Assembly (NCBI GenBank): GCA_038321985.1
Contig: JBBQFN010000016.1
Span: 57,714-121,713 of the forward strand
Length of the DNA stretch: 64,000 nt
Direction: 5' to 3'
Source of the DNA: Cyanophyceae cyanobacterium
GTDB lineage: Bacteria; Cyanobacteriota; Cyanobacteriia; Cyanobacteriales; Laspinemataceae
Positions 49,907 through 60,709 of the stretch are shown piece by piece. The notes under the pieces were generated by a model that did not search any database, was not told the DNA's origin, and was given only the letters and a program-made list of their open reading frames with translations. How positions within the stretch are numbered: the first letter of the stretch is position 1; every line of letters begins with the position of its first letter. A program made the position numbers and the translations under genes.

Positions 49907-51499
49907 ATGAGTAGAGACCTGTTTGCCCAAACGGCGATCGCCCAAATTCCCAAAATCCTGACCTTATGCGATCGCAACCCCCATAGTCCGACCTACGGCT
50001 GTTTTGACCGCAATTTTTGGCATTATAAAATTATCGACTTTCCTAGCGGTATGGCTCAGGAGTTTGTTTGGCCCCTGGCTTTAGCCTACCAAACTGACTG
50101 CTGTGATAACCCATTTTATCAGCAAACGGCCCTCCGGGACTGGGTAGAAGCTGGGATGATTTATGCGGCTCATAGTGCTCATTCTGATGGATCTTGCGAT
50201 GATTATTTTCCCTACGAAAGGGCGAGTGGTGCGGCGGCTTTTTCTCTCCTGGCTTGTCTGGAAAGTTACACCCTACTCAACCTTAAAAATTTTGAACTCC
50301 TGAAATTTTTTGAACGGCGGGCCACCTGGTTAGCCAACCATCACGAAAGTGGTCAACTCACCAATCATCAAGCCTTAATTTGTTTGTGTTTAGAGCTGCT
50401 TGCTCGGTTGTTAAAAACTGATATTTGGGACCGGGCTAAACATGAACGATTAGAACGAGTCTTATCTTGGCAAAGTTCCGAAGGGTGGTTTCAGGAATAT
50501 GAAGGATGCGACCCAGGTTATCATACTCTAACGATATCTTGTTTAGCTCGACTTTATGAACTTTCTCCAGACCCTCGTCTTAAAGAATCTCTAATTAAGG
50601 CCGTAGAATTAACCATTCAATTTATTCATCCCGATGGGTCTTATGGGGGAGAATATGCGAGCCGAAATACTTATAATTTTTTCCCTCACGGCTTTGAATG
50701 GGTGGGAAAATGGATGCCCGAAGCCTTGGGTATTAATGACTTATTTTTGAAAGGCATAGAAGCGGGTTTAGTTCCCTGTTATGCTGATGATCATATCATT
50801 GGACACCATACCTGGAGTTATTTATTAGCATGGCGAGATTTTGTGGGCGATCGCCCTTCATTGCCTCCCCGTCCCTCGGGACAAGTTTGGTTACAAGAAG
50901 CCCAGTTATTAATAGATAGGCGAGACCAAACCGAACTTTATTTAGCACTCAATAAAGGGGGAGTTTTTAAATTATTTCGGGACAAAAAGCTGATTCTTTC
51001 AGATACCCAATTTTCCCTAAAAATACGGCAAGGAAACCGACTTAAAAATGCGGTTGGACATCTCATGGGTCGTTATGACTATCAAGTGCAACGGGATGAA
51101 ATTTTGATTCAGGGCCAATTGGGTTGGGCCAAGCAAAAGCAAATGAATCCTTTAAATTTATTAATCTTGCGGGTTGTCATGTTAACCCTAGGGCGGTTTT
51201 TCCCTAATCTTATCCGGAAATTATTACAAAAAATATTGATTACTGGAAAGGAAAAAGCCCCCTTCAAATTTATCCGGCGCTTTTGTTTTAAAAATGAAAA
51301 ATGGCACGTTAGTGATGAATTAATTGGGGACTCTTGGCAGAAAGTCCAGGATATTGGTATCGGGGGAGACCAAACTTCGATTTATGTAGTGATGAGTCGC
51401 ACTTTCCAGCGGGGTCAATTGCAGCCGTGGCTTGATTTAAGCGATCGCCTCCCCACTCTGACTCCGGGTGAAACCCTAAAAGTTGAGCGCGAGTTATAA
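49907..51499 (+). CDS. Conserved hypothetical protein, probable alpha/alpha-toroid enzyme
   Basis: 530-aa ORF; DRNPHSPTYGCFDR, LTNHQ, WQSSEGWFQEYEGCDPGY, HPDGSYGGEY. Confidence 0.75.
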   Translation: MSRDLFAQTAIAQIPKILTLCDRNPHSPTYGCFDRNFWHYKIIDFPSGMAQEFVWPLALAYQTDCCDNPFYQQTALRDWVEAGMIYAAHSAHSDGSCDDYFPYERASGAAAFSLLACLESYTLLNLKNFELLKFFERRATWLANHHESGQLTNHQALICLCLELLARLLKTDIWDRAKHERLERVLSWQSSEGWFQEYEGCDPGYHTLTISCLARLYELSPDPRLKESLIKAVELTIQFIHPDGSYGGEYASRNTYNFFPHGFEWVGKWMPEALGINDLFLKGIEAGLVPCYADDHIIGHHTWSYLLAWRDFVGDRPSLPPRPSGQVWLQEAQLLIDRRDQTELYLALNKGGVFKLFRDKKLILSDTQFSLKIRQGNRLKNAVGHLMGRYDYQVQRDEILIQGQLGWAKQKQMNPLNLLILRVVMLTLGRFFPNLIRKLLQKILITGKEKAPFKFIRRFCFKNEKWHVSDELIGDSWQKVQDIGIGGDQTSIYVVMSRTFQRGQLQPWLDLSDRLPTLTPGETLKVEREL

Positions 51500-51679
51500 T
51501 CAACTCCCATGTCCCCCGAAAAGCGCACCCCCTATCACCCAAAATATGCCGGTGATGCGCTTATTTCCTCTTGCCTGTCCCTCCCTTATGCCAATCCCTA
51601 GACTGTCACAATCTACCGGAAACTCTTGCTTGGATTGTAGCAATACTAGAAGCAATCTAATTAAATTAGCCAGAGTTTT

Positions 51680-52453
51680 ATGAGAGTAAATTTTTTCGGG
51701 GGATTTTCCATCGGGTTAGTGGTGATATTGCTATTAGCTTTTGGAATTTTAAATTGGTTAAATGTACCGGCGGGAAGTTTTTTAGATTGGACGATTGGCG
51801 GGGCCAGTTTTTTCTGGTTGGTAGTGATTGCTACTGTGCCTTGGAACATTTATTTCCAAGCGAAAGAAGTCGTCGCCGATGCCGAACAATCTCGGGAGAA
51901 AAATATTCCCATTGAAGAGAAGCAGTTGGGCTATGTTCAGCGGATTGCCAAGCGATCTCTTTGGATTGCCATCGCCCTGCATCTTATTTCTGCTGTAGTT
52001 TTATATGGGTTAGCCGTCACCGGAATTAGTGCGGTTGGATATATCAGTTCGGTGGCTGCATTGTTATTAACAGGCTTACGTCCAGTGATCCGGGCTTATG
52101 AATATATTGCGACCCGGTTGATGATGATTCGCCAAGAGTTTAAATATCCCCGCGAAGATGTCTTACAACTGCGCGATCGCGTCTTTATTTTAGAAGACCA
52201 AATCAAATATATTTCCGATACCTTAGATGAAAATAAAGCTGATTCTTGGATTGCCAATAAAAACCGTCAAAGTGCGGCATTGCGACAAGATTTAAGCCAA
52301 TTAGCCTCCTCCCTAGAAAGCCTGCGATCGACCAATCAGGCGGAACACAATAACTTAAAGAAAGAGGCCCAGAATGCGATCGCTCAATTAACTACGGATG
52401 GACAATTCCTCGATCACGTTCGGGAAATTATTCGGTTTTTCAAAACTGCCTAA
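51680..52453 (+). CDS. Hypothetical membrane protein with C-terminal coiled coil
   Basis: About 4 TM segments, VPWNIYF, coiled-coil tail ending VREIIRFFK. Confidence 0.8.
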   Translation: MRVNFFGGFSIGLVVILLLAFGILNWLNVPAGSFLDWTIGGASFFWLVVIATVPWNIYFQAKEVVADAEQSREKNIPIEEKQLGYVQRIAKRSLWIAIALHLISAVVLYGLAVTGISAVGYISSVAALLLTGLRPVIRAYEYIATRLMMIRQEFKYPREDVLQLRDRVFILEDQIKYISDTLDENKADSWIANKNRQSAALRQDLSQLASSLESLRSTNQAEHNNLKKEAQNAIAQLTTDGQFLDHVREIIRFFKTA

Positions 52454-52474
52454 CTGCACCGCCACTTTTCCCAC

Positions 52475-52509
52475 AACCCCCGTAATCAACCTGCGGGGGT
52501 TTTCTTTTT
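52475..52509 (+). terminator. Putative intrinsic terminator
   Basis: AACCCCCGTA...TGCGGGGGTT followed by TTCTTTTT. Confidence 0.6.
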
Positions 52510-52607
52510 CCAGAATCTATCGGCAGATTGGGTCAAATAGCGGTAAAATTCACCTCAAGATAGAGTGACGGCCTACCACTTATCTGTTATTTTCCAACTT
52601 AACGAGT

Positions 52608-53465
52608 TTGGAAACAGCGGTGAGAAACCAACTATTTCGGATAATAATTGGGTTTATTTTTGGGTTAGTGGGGGTATTGAGTTACTGTACAACCCAGGTT
52701 GAAAACCCCATTACAGGAGAACAGCAGCGAATCCGTTTAACGCCCACGGAAGAGGTGCAACTCGGATTGCAAACCCGAGGACAAATGGCGCAGCAATTTG
52801 GGGGGTTATCTCCTGACCCCACGGTTCAAGAATTGGTCCAGGGCGTTGGACAGAGAATTGTGCAACAATCAGCCGTATCTCAATCGGAATATCCCTTTGA
52901 ATTTCATGTGCTAGAGGACCCTCAAACCGTGAATGCTTTTGCACTCCCAGGAGGGCAAATTTTTATTACCAACGGATTACTTCAACGCCTGAACTCCCCA
53001 GGACAACTTGCGGGAATTCTAGGACATGAAATTGGTCACGTCGTGGCGCGACATGGTGCAGAACATTTAGCCAAACGGGAACTTGGTTCTACTCTCGTGA
53101 CAGCCGTAGGAATTGCCACCACCGACGAAGAGGGACGAGGCAGACAAACCGCAGCGATCGCCCGGGTTGCCAATGAAATGATCGCCCTTCGATATGGACG
53201 AGATGCAGAACTTGAAAGCGATCGCCTGGGGGTTCAGTTCATGGCAGAAGCGGGTTATGACCCCCAAGGAATGATTGAAGTCATGAAAATTTTAGGTTCT
53301 GCACAATCGGGTTCACAATCTCCAGAATTTTTGAGCACTCACCCCAACCCAGAGAATCGAATTCAACGGTTAGAAGAGGCGATTACAGAAGATTTCCCCA
53401 ACGGTATTCCCCCCAACTTAGAGAGTAAACGTCCCCAGATTACTCCCGTTGTGCTTCGTCGGTAG
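52608..53465 (+). CDS. M48 family metallopeptidase
   Basis: NAFALPGG, HEIGH (HExxH), ELESD, FLSTHP; the start may be GTG at 52620. Confidence 0.93.
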   Translation: METAVRNQLFRIIIGFIFGLVGVLSYCTTQVENPITGEQQRIRLTPTEEVQLGLQTRGQMAQQFGGLSPDPTVQELVQGVGQRIVQQSAVSQSEYPFEFHVLEDPQTVNAFALPGGQIFITNGLLQRLNSPGQLAGILGHEIGHVVARHGAEHLAKRELGSTLVTAVGIATTDEEGRGRQTAAIARVANEMIALRYGRDAELESDRLGVQFMAEAGYDPQGMIEVMKILGSAQSGSQSPEFLSTHPNPENRIQRLEEAITEDFPNGIPPNLESKRPQITPVVLRR

Positions 53466-53610
53466 TCATAACCTTAACAAACTATTAAGGTTGGGCAGCA
53501 TCGGTCCGTCAGCGGATTATCCTCGAAGAAGGGAAAATTTTTTCAAGTCAGTTCCCAGGCCTTCCAGTTGCCACTGACTTGAAATCATTACTCGGGAAAG
53601 GATCATTGAA

Positions 53611-53763
53611 ATGTTACAAACCGAGCAAATTTTACAGAAGCGCTACCAACTTCAGCAACAGCTAGGCAATAATGCTGGTCGTCAAACCTGGTTGGTCCAG
53701 GATATTAGCACCTCAACCGGGGAATTGGCGATCGTCAAATTGTTGGCATTCAAGTCTTACTGA
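53611..53763 (+). pseudogene. Truncated Ser/Thr protein kinase N-terminal fragment (50 aa)
   Basis: MLQTEQILQKRYQLQQQLGNNAGRQTWLVQDISTSTGELAIVKLLAF covers kinase subdomains I-II, then stops inside the 3' end of the convergent ABC gene. Confidence 0.75.
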
Positions 53764-55592
53764 TATCCAGCCGCTTGGAGGGTAAACAATTTTGCATAGC
53801 GTCCCTCGGCCTGCATTAATTCTTCATGAGTTCCACTTTCTATCAGTTTCCCTGCTTCTAAAACGATAATCGTGTCTGCCATACGAACGGTGGAAAATCG
53901 ATGGGAAATTAACAAAACCATGCGGTCTTGGGCCAAGCGGCGAAACCGTTCAAAAATTTCAAATTCTGCTTCGGCATCCATTGCTGATGTCGGTTCATCT
54001 AGCACTAAAATATCGGCTTTGACTCTCATAAAAGCACGGGAAAGGCCAATTTTTTGCCATTGTCCCCCGGAGAGTTCGGTTCCCGATTTAAACCAGCGTC
54101 CGAGTTGGGTATAAAATCCCTGGGGTAGGTTGGCAATGAAGGGTTCCGCCATGCCTTTTTCGGCGGCAGTTTTCCAGCGAGTTTCATCTTCTAAGCTGTC
54201 TACATCTCCAACGCCGATATTCTCGCCAACTAGAAATTGATAGCGGACAAAATCTTGAAAAATGACTCCGATGCGTTGCCGCAAGTGGTTGATGTCCCAT
54301 TCGCGCAAGTCTAATCCATCGAGGAGAACTTGTCCCGATGAGGGTTCATAAAGTCGGGTTAATAGTTTAATTAAAGTTGTTTTTCCCGACCCATTTTGAC
54401 CGACTAAGGCGAGTTTTTGTCCCGGTTTTAAATGAAAAGAAATATCAGCTAAGGCGGGTTGGGTAGCCTCCGGATAGGTAAAGGAAACGTTTTGAAACCG
54501 GACTCCATCTTGGGGAATTCTCCCTCGTGTGGCAGTGCCATTCGCCTGGGGAATATCTTGTTCTAAAAATTCATAAAGATTAGACAAATAGAGGTTATCT
54601 TCATACATTCCCCCGATCGCACTCAGGGTTGCAGAAAAGCTGGATTGTCCCTGACGAAATACCATTAAATACATGGTCATATCCCCGAGGGTGATGCTTC
54701 CAGAAATGGCAGCGATCGCAATCCAGGCGTAGGTCCCATAAAATGCCAAGCTACTCAGCAACCCCAGCACATATCCCCAAACTCCCCGACGCAAGGTCAA
54801 ATTTCGGTCTTCTCGATACAATCGGTGAAAGATATTCCGATAGCGATTTAGAAAAACTGGTCCCAGTTGATAGAGTTGCACCTCTTTGGCGTAATCTTCC
54901 CGCCCAATCAGGGTTTCTAGGTAGATTTGTTCGCGGGTTTCTGGCGATCTGGTCTTAAAAACCCGAAAAGCTGCACCGGCAAACTTGGTTTCGGCTAAAA
55001 AAGGGGGAATCGCTGCGATCGCCAGAACCACAACCACCCATCCTGAAAACTGCAATAATAATCCCCCATACGCCACCAACCCCAAACTCTCTTGCACTAA
55101 CCCAAAGGTGCGGTTTACAAAACTCAGGGGACGACTAGATGCCTCCCGTCTGGCGCGAGTCATTTTGTCATACACCTCAGAATCTTCAAAGTGTGACAGA
55201 GTGAGGGTCAACGCTTTTTCTAAAATCAACTCGTTGACGGTTTGTCCCAGCAGTACCCGCAACAGGGATTGACAAATACTTAACCCTCGTTGACACAGGG
55301 TTAACATCATCACGGCGATCGCCTCGAATCCCACATACATCAGCGCCGTCTCGGGTCCTATTCCCGACCCTGCTGCCGCCACCACACTATCCACAATTAA
55401 TTTACCCAGATAGGCAATACCAGCGGGTAACAACCCCGCCACCCCGGTTAAAATTGCGACGATCGCCGTTAAAAGCGGGCTAGTTTTCCAAACTAATTGC
55501 ACCGCTCTTTTGCTATACTTAAAAGCGGATAAGCTAAAGTGGAAACTTTGCCCGATCTGACTTAATACATTCCGTCGATCGTGCCTTCTCAT
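53757..55592 (-). CDS. ABC transporter ATP-binding/permease protein
   Basis: TM domain plus GQNGSGKT, LSGGQWQK, LVLDEPT, ISHR. Confidence 0.94.
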   Translation of the reverse strand: MRRHDRRNVLSQIGQSFHFSLSAFKYSKRAVQLVWKTSPLLTAIVAILTGVAGLLPAGIAYLGKLIVDSVVAAAGSGIGPETALMYVGFEAIAVMMLTLCQRGLSICQSLLRVLLGQTVNELILEKALTLTLSHFEDSEVYDKMTRARREASSRPLSFVNRTFGLVQESLGLVAYGGLLLQFSGWVVVVLAIAAIPPFLAETKFAGAAFRVFKTRSPETREQIYLETLIGREDYAKEVQLYQLGPVFLNRYRNIFHRLYREDRNLTLRRGVWGYVLGLLSSLAFYGTYAWIAIAAISGSITLGDMTMYLMVFRQGQSSFSATLSAIGGMYEDNLYLSNLYEFLEQDIPQANGTATRGRIPQDGVRFQNVSFTYPEATQPALADISFHLKPGQKLALVGQNGSGKTTLIKLLTRLYEPSSGQVLLDGLDLREWDINHLRQRIGVIFQDFVRYQFLVGENIGVGDVDSLEDETRWKTAAEKGMAEPFIANLPQGFYTQLGRWFKSGTELSGGQWQKIGLSRAFMRVKADILVLDEPTSAMDAEAEFEIFERFRRLAQDRMVLLISHRFSTVRMADTIIVLEAGKLIESGTHEELMQAEGRYAKLFTLQAAGYQ

Positions 55593-55984
55593 CTTCTCTC
55601 CAATCGCCTTTGTCTCATTCGTTAGATGGCTGCTGCCTCTTTACTGTTGGCACCTTTACCACCCGTTTTATTTTACCCTGATTCTCCCAAACCCGCGCTT
55701 CTCTCCATTCTTGCAGAACACTTACCCCCTTGATGCTTGTAGGTTTTTGGTTGTTGCTGGGAGAGAGTAACGGACCCTTGTTTAAAATAAAATGCCCGTG
55801 AGTCCCGTCTCCGATACTCATTGGCATTAATCTCCCCAAAATTTCCTTCACCCGGGGTTAGGGCTTGAATTAAGACAGCGTACCTTGCTTATAACATCGT
55901 AAATTATAAGAACTCCCGGAAACCACAGCAAGTCCTTATCACCTACTTTAAAAACGAGTGGCTATGGTGAGAATCTAAATAGGA

Positions 55985-56749
55985 TTAGAAGCGTTGTATC
56001 CCTTGTTGAATTTGTTCTTTGCAGGTTAAGGAAAAGTAAGTGAACCAACTCACAATTCCCAGCAACTTAAACCCATTTTCTAGTAAAGCCCGGTCGCGGT
56101 CATAGATCACTCCCGATTCTACTAAATCTATGATAAACCGCATATCCAGAAAAATTGACAAAGTGAAAAACCCTAAAGCCAAACCCAAGAAAATTAAAGA
56201 TTGGGTTTTCCTGATAATTTTATGAAACTTAGCTAGGTACAGCGCTACTATGATGACGTATCCTAAATAGAAGATTTTTTCGGGTATTCCTAAATAAGTA
56301 GGAAAGACTTCCTCGTGTAACTGGAAAGAATCATCCACCAGCAAAATTGTGGTGATCACCCCCGAGGCTAACAGAAAGCGTTGATGTTTTAGTGAGGGAT
56401 TTAGGGGTTTCAGATAAAGGGAAGTAAACAGACAAATGGCAGCGGTTGCACACCATAATAAAATGCCAAATTTAGTAACCATCCCTATATAAAAAGGCCA
56501 ATCGGCAATTTTAGCCGGGTCACCCATGAGATGAAAAATAGGGACTTTGTTTTGCTGTCGAACCAGTACCAAAATCAGTAATGTAGGAATGTAGACGGCC
56601 AGCATTATCGGGAGGAGTCCAGTTAGGCGATCGCGTAAACTCTCCCTTCCTCGGCCTTGAATGAAATTGTTTAGGATAGGTTCATTTGAATGGATATCTT
56701 GTTCGATATCTTGGGTCAAATCTCTAAAATTAACGCTCTTTTTATTCAT
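55985..56749 (-). CDS. Hypothetical multi-pass membrane protein
   Basis: About 7 hydrophobic segments; DDSFQLHE, ENGFKLLGI. Confidence 0.8.
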   Translation of the reverse strand: MNKKSVNFRDLTQDIEQDIHSNEPILNNFIQGRGRESLRDRLTGLLPIMLAVYIPTLLILVLVRQQNKVPIFHLMGDPAKIADWPFYIGMVTKFGILLWCATAAICLFTSLYLKPLNPSLKHQRFLLASGVITTILLVDDSFQLHEEVFPTYLGIPEKIFYLGYVIIVALYLAKFHKIIRKTQSLIFLGLALGFFTLSIFLDMRFIIDLVESGVIYDRDRALLENGFKLLGIVSWFTYFSLTCKEQIQQGIQRF

Positions 56750-57153
56750 AAATTACCCGCTTGATTCTATCAAGAATCGAAAATTTTTTAGGGGTTTCCC
56801 CCGGAATGGCCCCAACAAAAAGCCAAATTTACCGTAAATTAACCCTATGTTAACCCAGTCAAGGCAGCTTGTGCAGCGCCACAAGATTAGAGACTCGGGC
56901 CACTGAAATTGACCATTGAAGAATCCACAGAACCGAGTCCAAATTAAGTAAAATGGCTATTTAAGCGTAAAAAGTAATCCCCAAATCAGCCCATCTTTCT
57001 CTTTTATCTCGTCTGTCCACGAAAAAAATAGGCGGGTTTTCCCTCAATTTCAAATAATCTTCTAGGGGAATTTATTTTAAAAGTCAAGCCGCTCTAGTCT
57101 GACTTTTTCCCGTTTTCCTGACCTGAAATGCAGCAGTTCTGATGAAGGGTTTA

Positions 57154-57186
57154 AAAAACTTTGAAAAACTTTGAAAAACTTTGAAA
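57154..57186. repeat. 10-bp tandem repeat x3
   Basis: AAAAACTTTG repeated three times. Confidence 0.7.
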
Positions 57187-57521
57187 TAAGTATAAATTCT
57201 GGAAAATTTTAAAAATAGGGAGGTAACGGGTAAGTTTTGTCAGAATCAAAACTTTCTGGGAAGTGATTCCAGAGATGGCATCCTTGATTAAGGGGGGTTG
57301 GGTCTGCCCGGAGTCTCTATCATTAAGACTTATCCTTAGAAAAAATTATGGCCGGTTACATTTTTAAAATGCTAACCAGCCAGTCAGATTCTATTCTTAT
57401 CTTGGGAGGGGTGTTTGAGCGATCGCCCAATCATCCCCTCTAACCGTTAGCAGCGGTTACTCGGTAAGAGAAAATAGCAGACCCCTGGTCCCCATTTATT
57501 CCCCCTTACCGGTAATATCCT

Positions 57522-58982
57522 CTACTGACGCTCGCCAATTGGCTCTCTCGAAGAAGAGCTACGAGGCTTTGAGCGCTTGACCGGCTTCGACGACGATACC
57601 GACCGAGATGAGCGATCTCGGTCATCGTAGCGCTTGTCAGAATAGCTATCCATTTCCTCGGGCGCATCTTCCATGATATTGTTCGCCCAGTTGGGGCGGG
57701 TGCGATCATAAGCCATTTGCAGGGATGCAGCGGCGATCGTGTGGGGGTCGTATTCTTCGCTCAGTTGCGCAACGATAGGCAGGAAGGAAGCCAGACGTTC
57801 CCCGCTCAGGATTTCCCGAACTTGGGATTGCAGTTTTTCCAGATGCCGCGCCTCAATTTGAGAGCGGGTAGGAATCGAGCGAATCTTCAGGGTTTGACGC
57901 AGGTGCCGCTCAATTTGTTGAAGTTTGCGGCGGTCAAATGGTTGAACCAGGGAAATCGCAGTTCCTTCACGACCCGCACGACCTGTGCGGCCGATCCGGT
58001 GGACGTAGCTTTCGACTTGATCCGGTAAATCGTAGTTAATGACGTGGGTTAGGTGATCCACATCTAGACCGCGTGCAGCAATATCGGTGGCGACGATCCA
58101 GCGCACCTGTTGTTTGCGGAAGCGATCGATTAAGCGTTCACGCTGGGACTGGTTGAGGTCGCCGTGATATTCATCCACGCTGTGACCGGCAGCTTGTAGC
58201 TGGCTGGTGAGCTCAGCAGCAGCGCGTCGGGTCCGGACAAAGACGATCGCCGTTTCCGGGTCTTCCAATTCTAAAATTGGCAGTAAGGCCCGAGATTTCG
58301 ACCAGCCGCGAGGGACCATGTAGATTACTTGGTCAATCTGCTTCGGCGTCGATTTCTGTTGGTCAACCTTGACGATGACCGGATCGCGCATAAACTTATT
58401 CATCAGCTTACGGATGGAGTGCTCCATCGTGGCTGAGAAGAAAGCCGTTTGACGATCCTTGGGGGCTTTATCGAGGATTTTTTCCACATCGTCGATAAAG
58501 CCCATACTCAGCATTTCGTCCGCTTCATCTAGGACGAGATGGGTTAGGGTATCGAGTTTGAGATGTCCACGGTTGAGTAAATCCAGAACTCGTCCGGGAG
58601 TTCCGACGATAATCTGGACTCCCCGTTCCAAGCGTTGAATTTGACGGTCAATGGAGGACCCACCGTACACCGCAAAAATCCGCACCCGGCGATCGTCGGT
58701 TAATTCACGAATCGCATTACAAACTTGGATTGCCAGTTCGCGAGTTGGGGTCAGGATCAGCGCTTGAACGTTCTTGCTGTTGATATCCATCTGCTCCAAA
58801 ATGGGCAGGGAAAATGCAGCAGTTTTTCCAGTTCCGGTTTGTGCTTGTCCTGCTACATCTTGTCCAGCCATCATTTTGGGGATGGCTTGTTCTTGAATCG
58901 CAGTGGGTTCAGTAAAACCCAGTTTTTCTAGCTGTTGTGCGCACTCTTCGGAAAGACCTAAACTTTGAAATGAAACAGTCAT
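57522..58982 (-). CDS. crhR: DEAD-box RNA helicase CrhR
   Basis: AQTGTGKT, PTRELA, DEAD, SAT, HRIGRTGRAG; downstream of rimO as in other cyanobacteria. Confidence 0.92.
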   Translation of the reverse strand: MTVSFQSLGLSEECAQQLEKLGFTEPTAIQEQAIPKMMAGQDVAGQAQTGTGKTAAFSLPILEQMDINSKNVQALILTPTRELAIQVCNAIRELTDDRRVRIFAVYGGSSIDRQIQRLERGVQIIVGTPGRVLDLLNRGHLKLDTLTHLVLDEADEMLSMGFIDDVEKILDKAPKDRQTAFFSATMEHSIRKLMNKFMRDPVIVKVDQQKSTPKQIDQVIYMVPRGWSKSRALLPILELEDPETAIVFVRTRRAAAELTSQLQAAGHSVDEYHGDLNQSQRERLIDRFRKQQVRWIVATDIAARGLDVDHLTHVINYDLPDQVESYVHRIGRTGRAGREGTAISLVQPFDRRKLQQIERHLRQTLKIRSIPTRSQIEARHLEKLQSQVREILSGERLASFLPIVAQLSEEYDPHTIAAASLQMAYDRTRPNWANNIMEDAPEEMDSYSDKRYDDRDRSSRSVSSSKPVKRSKPRSSSSREPIGERQ

Positions 58983-59353
58983 TTATTCTCCTAAAACGTT
59001 TGAGTTTGGGGCTGCCTGAAGGCAGCTAATACCATTTCTCGTTTTTGATGCTACAGGGGGTTTGCTCTTAGGTATGGGGAGCTAGGACAGATAAACTTTC
59101 GATGTAGCGCATAAAAATAGAGTTGGTATTGATGCTAATGAAATTAGCGGATGTTGAGGGTTGCTTCTGATTTGCCTTTATTCACCAGAGGTGTAAAGAA
59201 AAGGCACGGTAGAATTGGGCTTTCTGTCTTAAGACCCTTGCCACCGATCCGGGGTAGGCGTTGAACGAGCTTTTAAATTGCAGGGGGTCTCAACATAGCT
59301 GTTAAAGACCATACCAAAAACCGTCCCAAATTTCCCCAGAACATCTGAATTTT

Positions 59354-60709
59354 TTAACCCAGAGCAACTGATTCCCGTTGCACTAGGTCAGCTACGGTAG
59401 CAACATGACCGTAGAGGTCGTAAACGTCAGCACTTGCGATCGCCACTGGCACTCTCGAACCGAGACGTGCGTTTCCCCGAACATAGACCAACCCATCCAC
59501 TTCTGGCGCAAATCGCGCCGATCGGCCTATCAACTCCCCAGTTTCGGGGTGTTCTTGTTCGATTAATACGTCTACAACCTTACCGATTTCCCCTTGATTC
59601 TTCTTCAGGGAAATCGCCTGCTGCACTTCCATCAACGCATCCCGTCGTTCATCCATGATGTCTTGCGGGATCTGATTGGGGAGAGTATAGGCGGGGGTTC
59701 CTTCTTCTGGAGAGAAGGTGAAGACGCCCACATGATCGAATTCATGGCGTCGAACAAATTGATACAGGTGATCAAAATGTTCGTCGGTTTCGCCGGGGAA
59801 TCCCACGATAAAGGTTGTTCGCAATACCGCCTCCGGCACTGCTTTTTTAATCCCTTCAATAATCCGATCATTAACCCCAGCTTGCCAGGGCCGATTCATC
59901 GCCCGCAGCACTTCCGGATGGGAGTGTTGCAAGGGTAAATCTAAGTAGGGCAGCACGTTGGGGGTTTCCCGAATGGCACTGAGCACTTTAGGCGTCAGTC
60001 CCGTAGGATAGGCGTAGTGCATCCGAATCCAGGGGACGTCTACCTCACCCAATGCATACAGCAGTTCCGCCAGTCTGGGTTCACCATATAGGTCTAACCC
60101 GTAGTTGGTGGTAATTTGAGAAATTAAAATAATTTCTTGGACCCCTTCTGAAGCCAGTTGCTTGGCTTCCGCTACGATGGACTCGATGGTGCGCGATCGC
60201 TGGTTTCCCCGAAGATGCGGAATGATGCAGAATGCACAGCGATAATCGCATCCCTCCGCCACCCGCAGGTACGCTACACCTTCGGTAGTCGTCCGGTAGC
60301 GCGGTGTGGTCTCATCGGCGATATAAGTCGGTTCTGCGGAGATTTCTATGACTCGCTCGCCGACTTCGACTCGTTCGATCACTTCTACAATTTTATTATA
60401 ATCCCCCGTTCCCACAACTGCAACTGCTTCGGGCAGTTCATCAAACAGTTGTTCCTGGAAATGTTGCGCCATGCATCCGGTAATGACGATTTTCTTATTC
60501 GCCTCCGCTAGTTCTACCAGCGTCCGGACTGACTCTTCCCGAGCCGATTCGATAAAACTACAGGTGTTGACGATGACGTAATCTGCTACTTCTTCATCTG
60601 TATCGACAGAGTAGCCTGCTTGTACCAACAGGCCCAAAATATGTTCGGTATCAATGCGATTTTTTTCGCAGCCTAGATGAGAAATAGCAATGGTTGGCTT
60701 GTTGCCCAT
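59354..60709 (-). CDS. rimO: Ribosomal protein S12 methylthiotransferase
   Basis: [10 protein letters not shown], radical [15 protein letters not shown] domain [11 protein letters not shown]. Confidence 0.96.
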   Translation of the reverse strand: MGNKPTIAISHLGCEKNRIDTEHILGLLVQAGYSVDTDEEVADYVIVNTCSFIESAREESVRTLVELAEANKKIVITGCMAQHFQEQLFDELPEAVAVVGTGDYNKIVEVIERVEVGERVIEISAEPTYIADETTPRYRTTTEGVAYLRVAEGCDYRCAFCIIPHLRGNQRSRTIESIVAEAKQLASEGVQEIILISQITTNYGLDLYGEPRLAELLYALGEVDVPWIRMHYAYPTGLTPKVLSAIRETPNVLPYLDLPLQHSHPEVLRAMNRPWQAGVNDRIIEGIKKAVPEAVLRTTFIVGFPGETDEHFDHLYQFVRRHEFDHVGVFTFSPEEGTPAYTLPNQIPQDIMDERRDALMEVQQAISLKKNQGEIGKVVDVLIEQEHPETGELIGRSARFAPEVDGLVYVRGNARLGSRVPVAIASADVYDLYGHVATVADLVQRESVALG

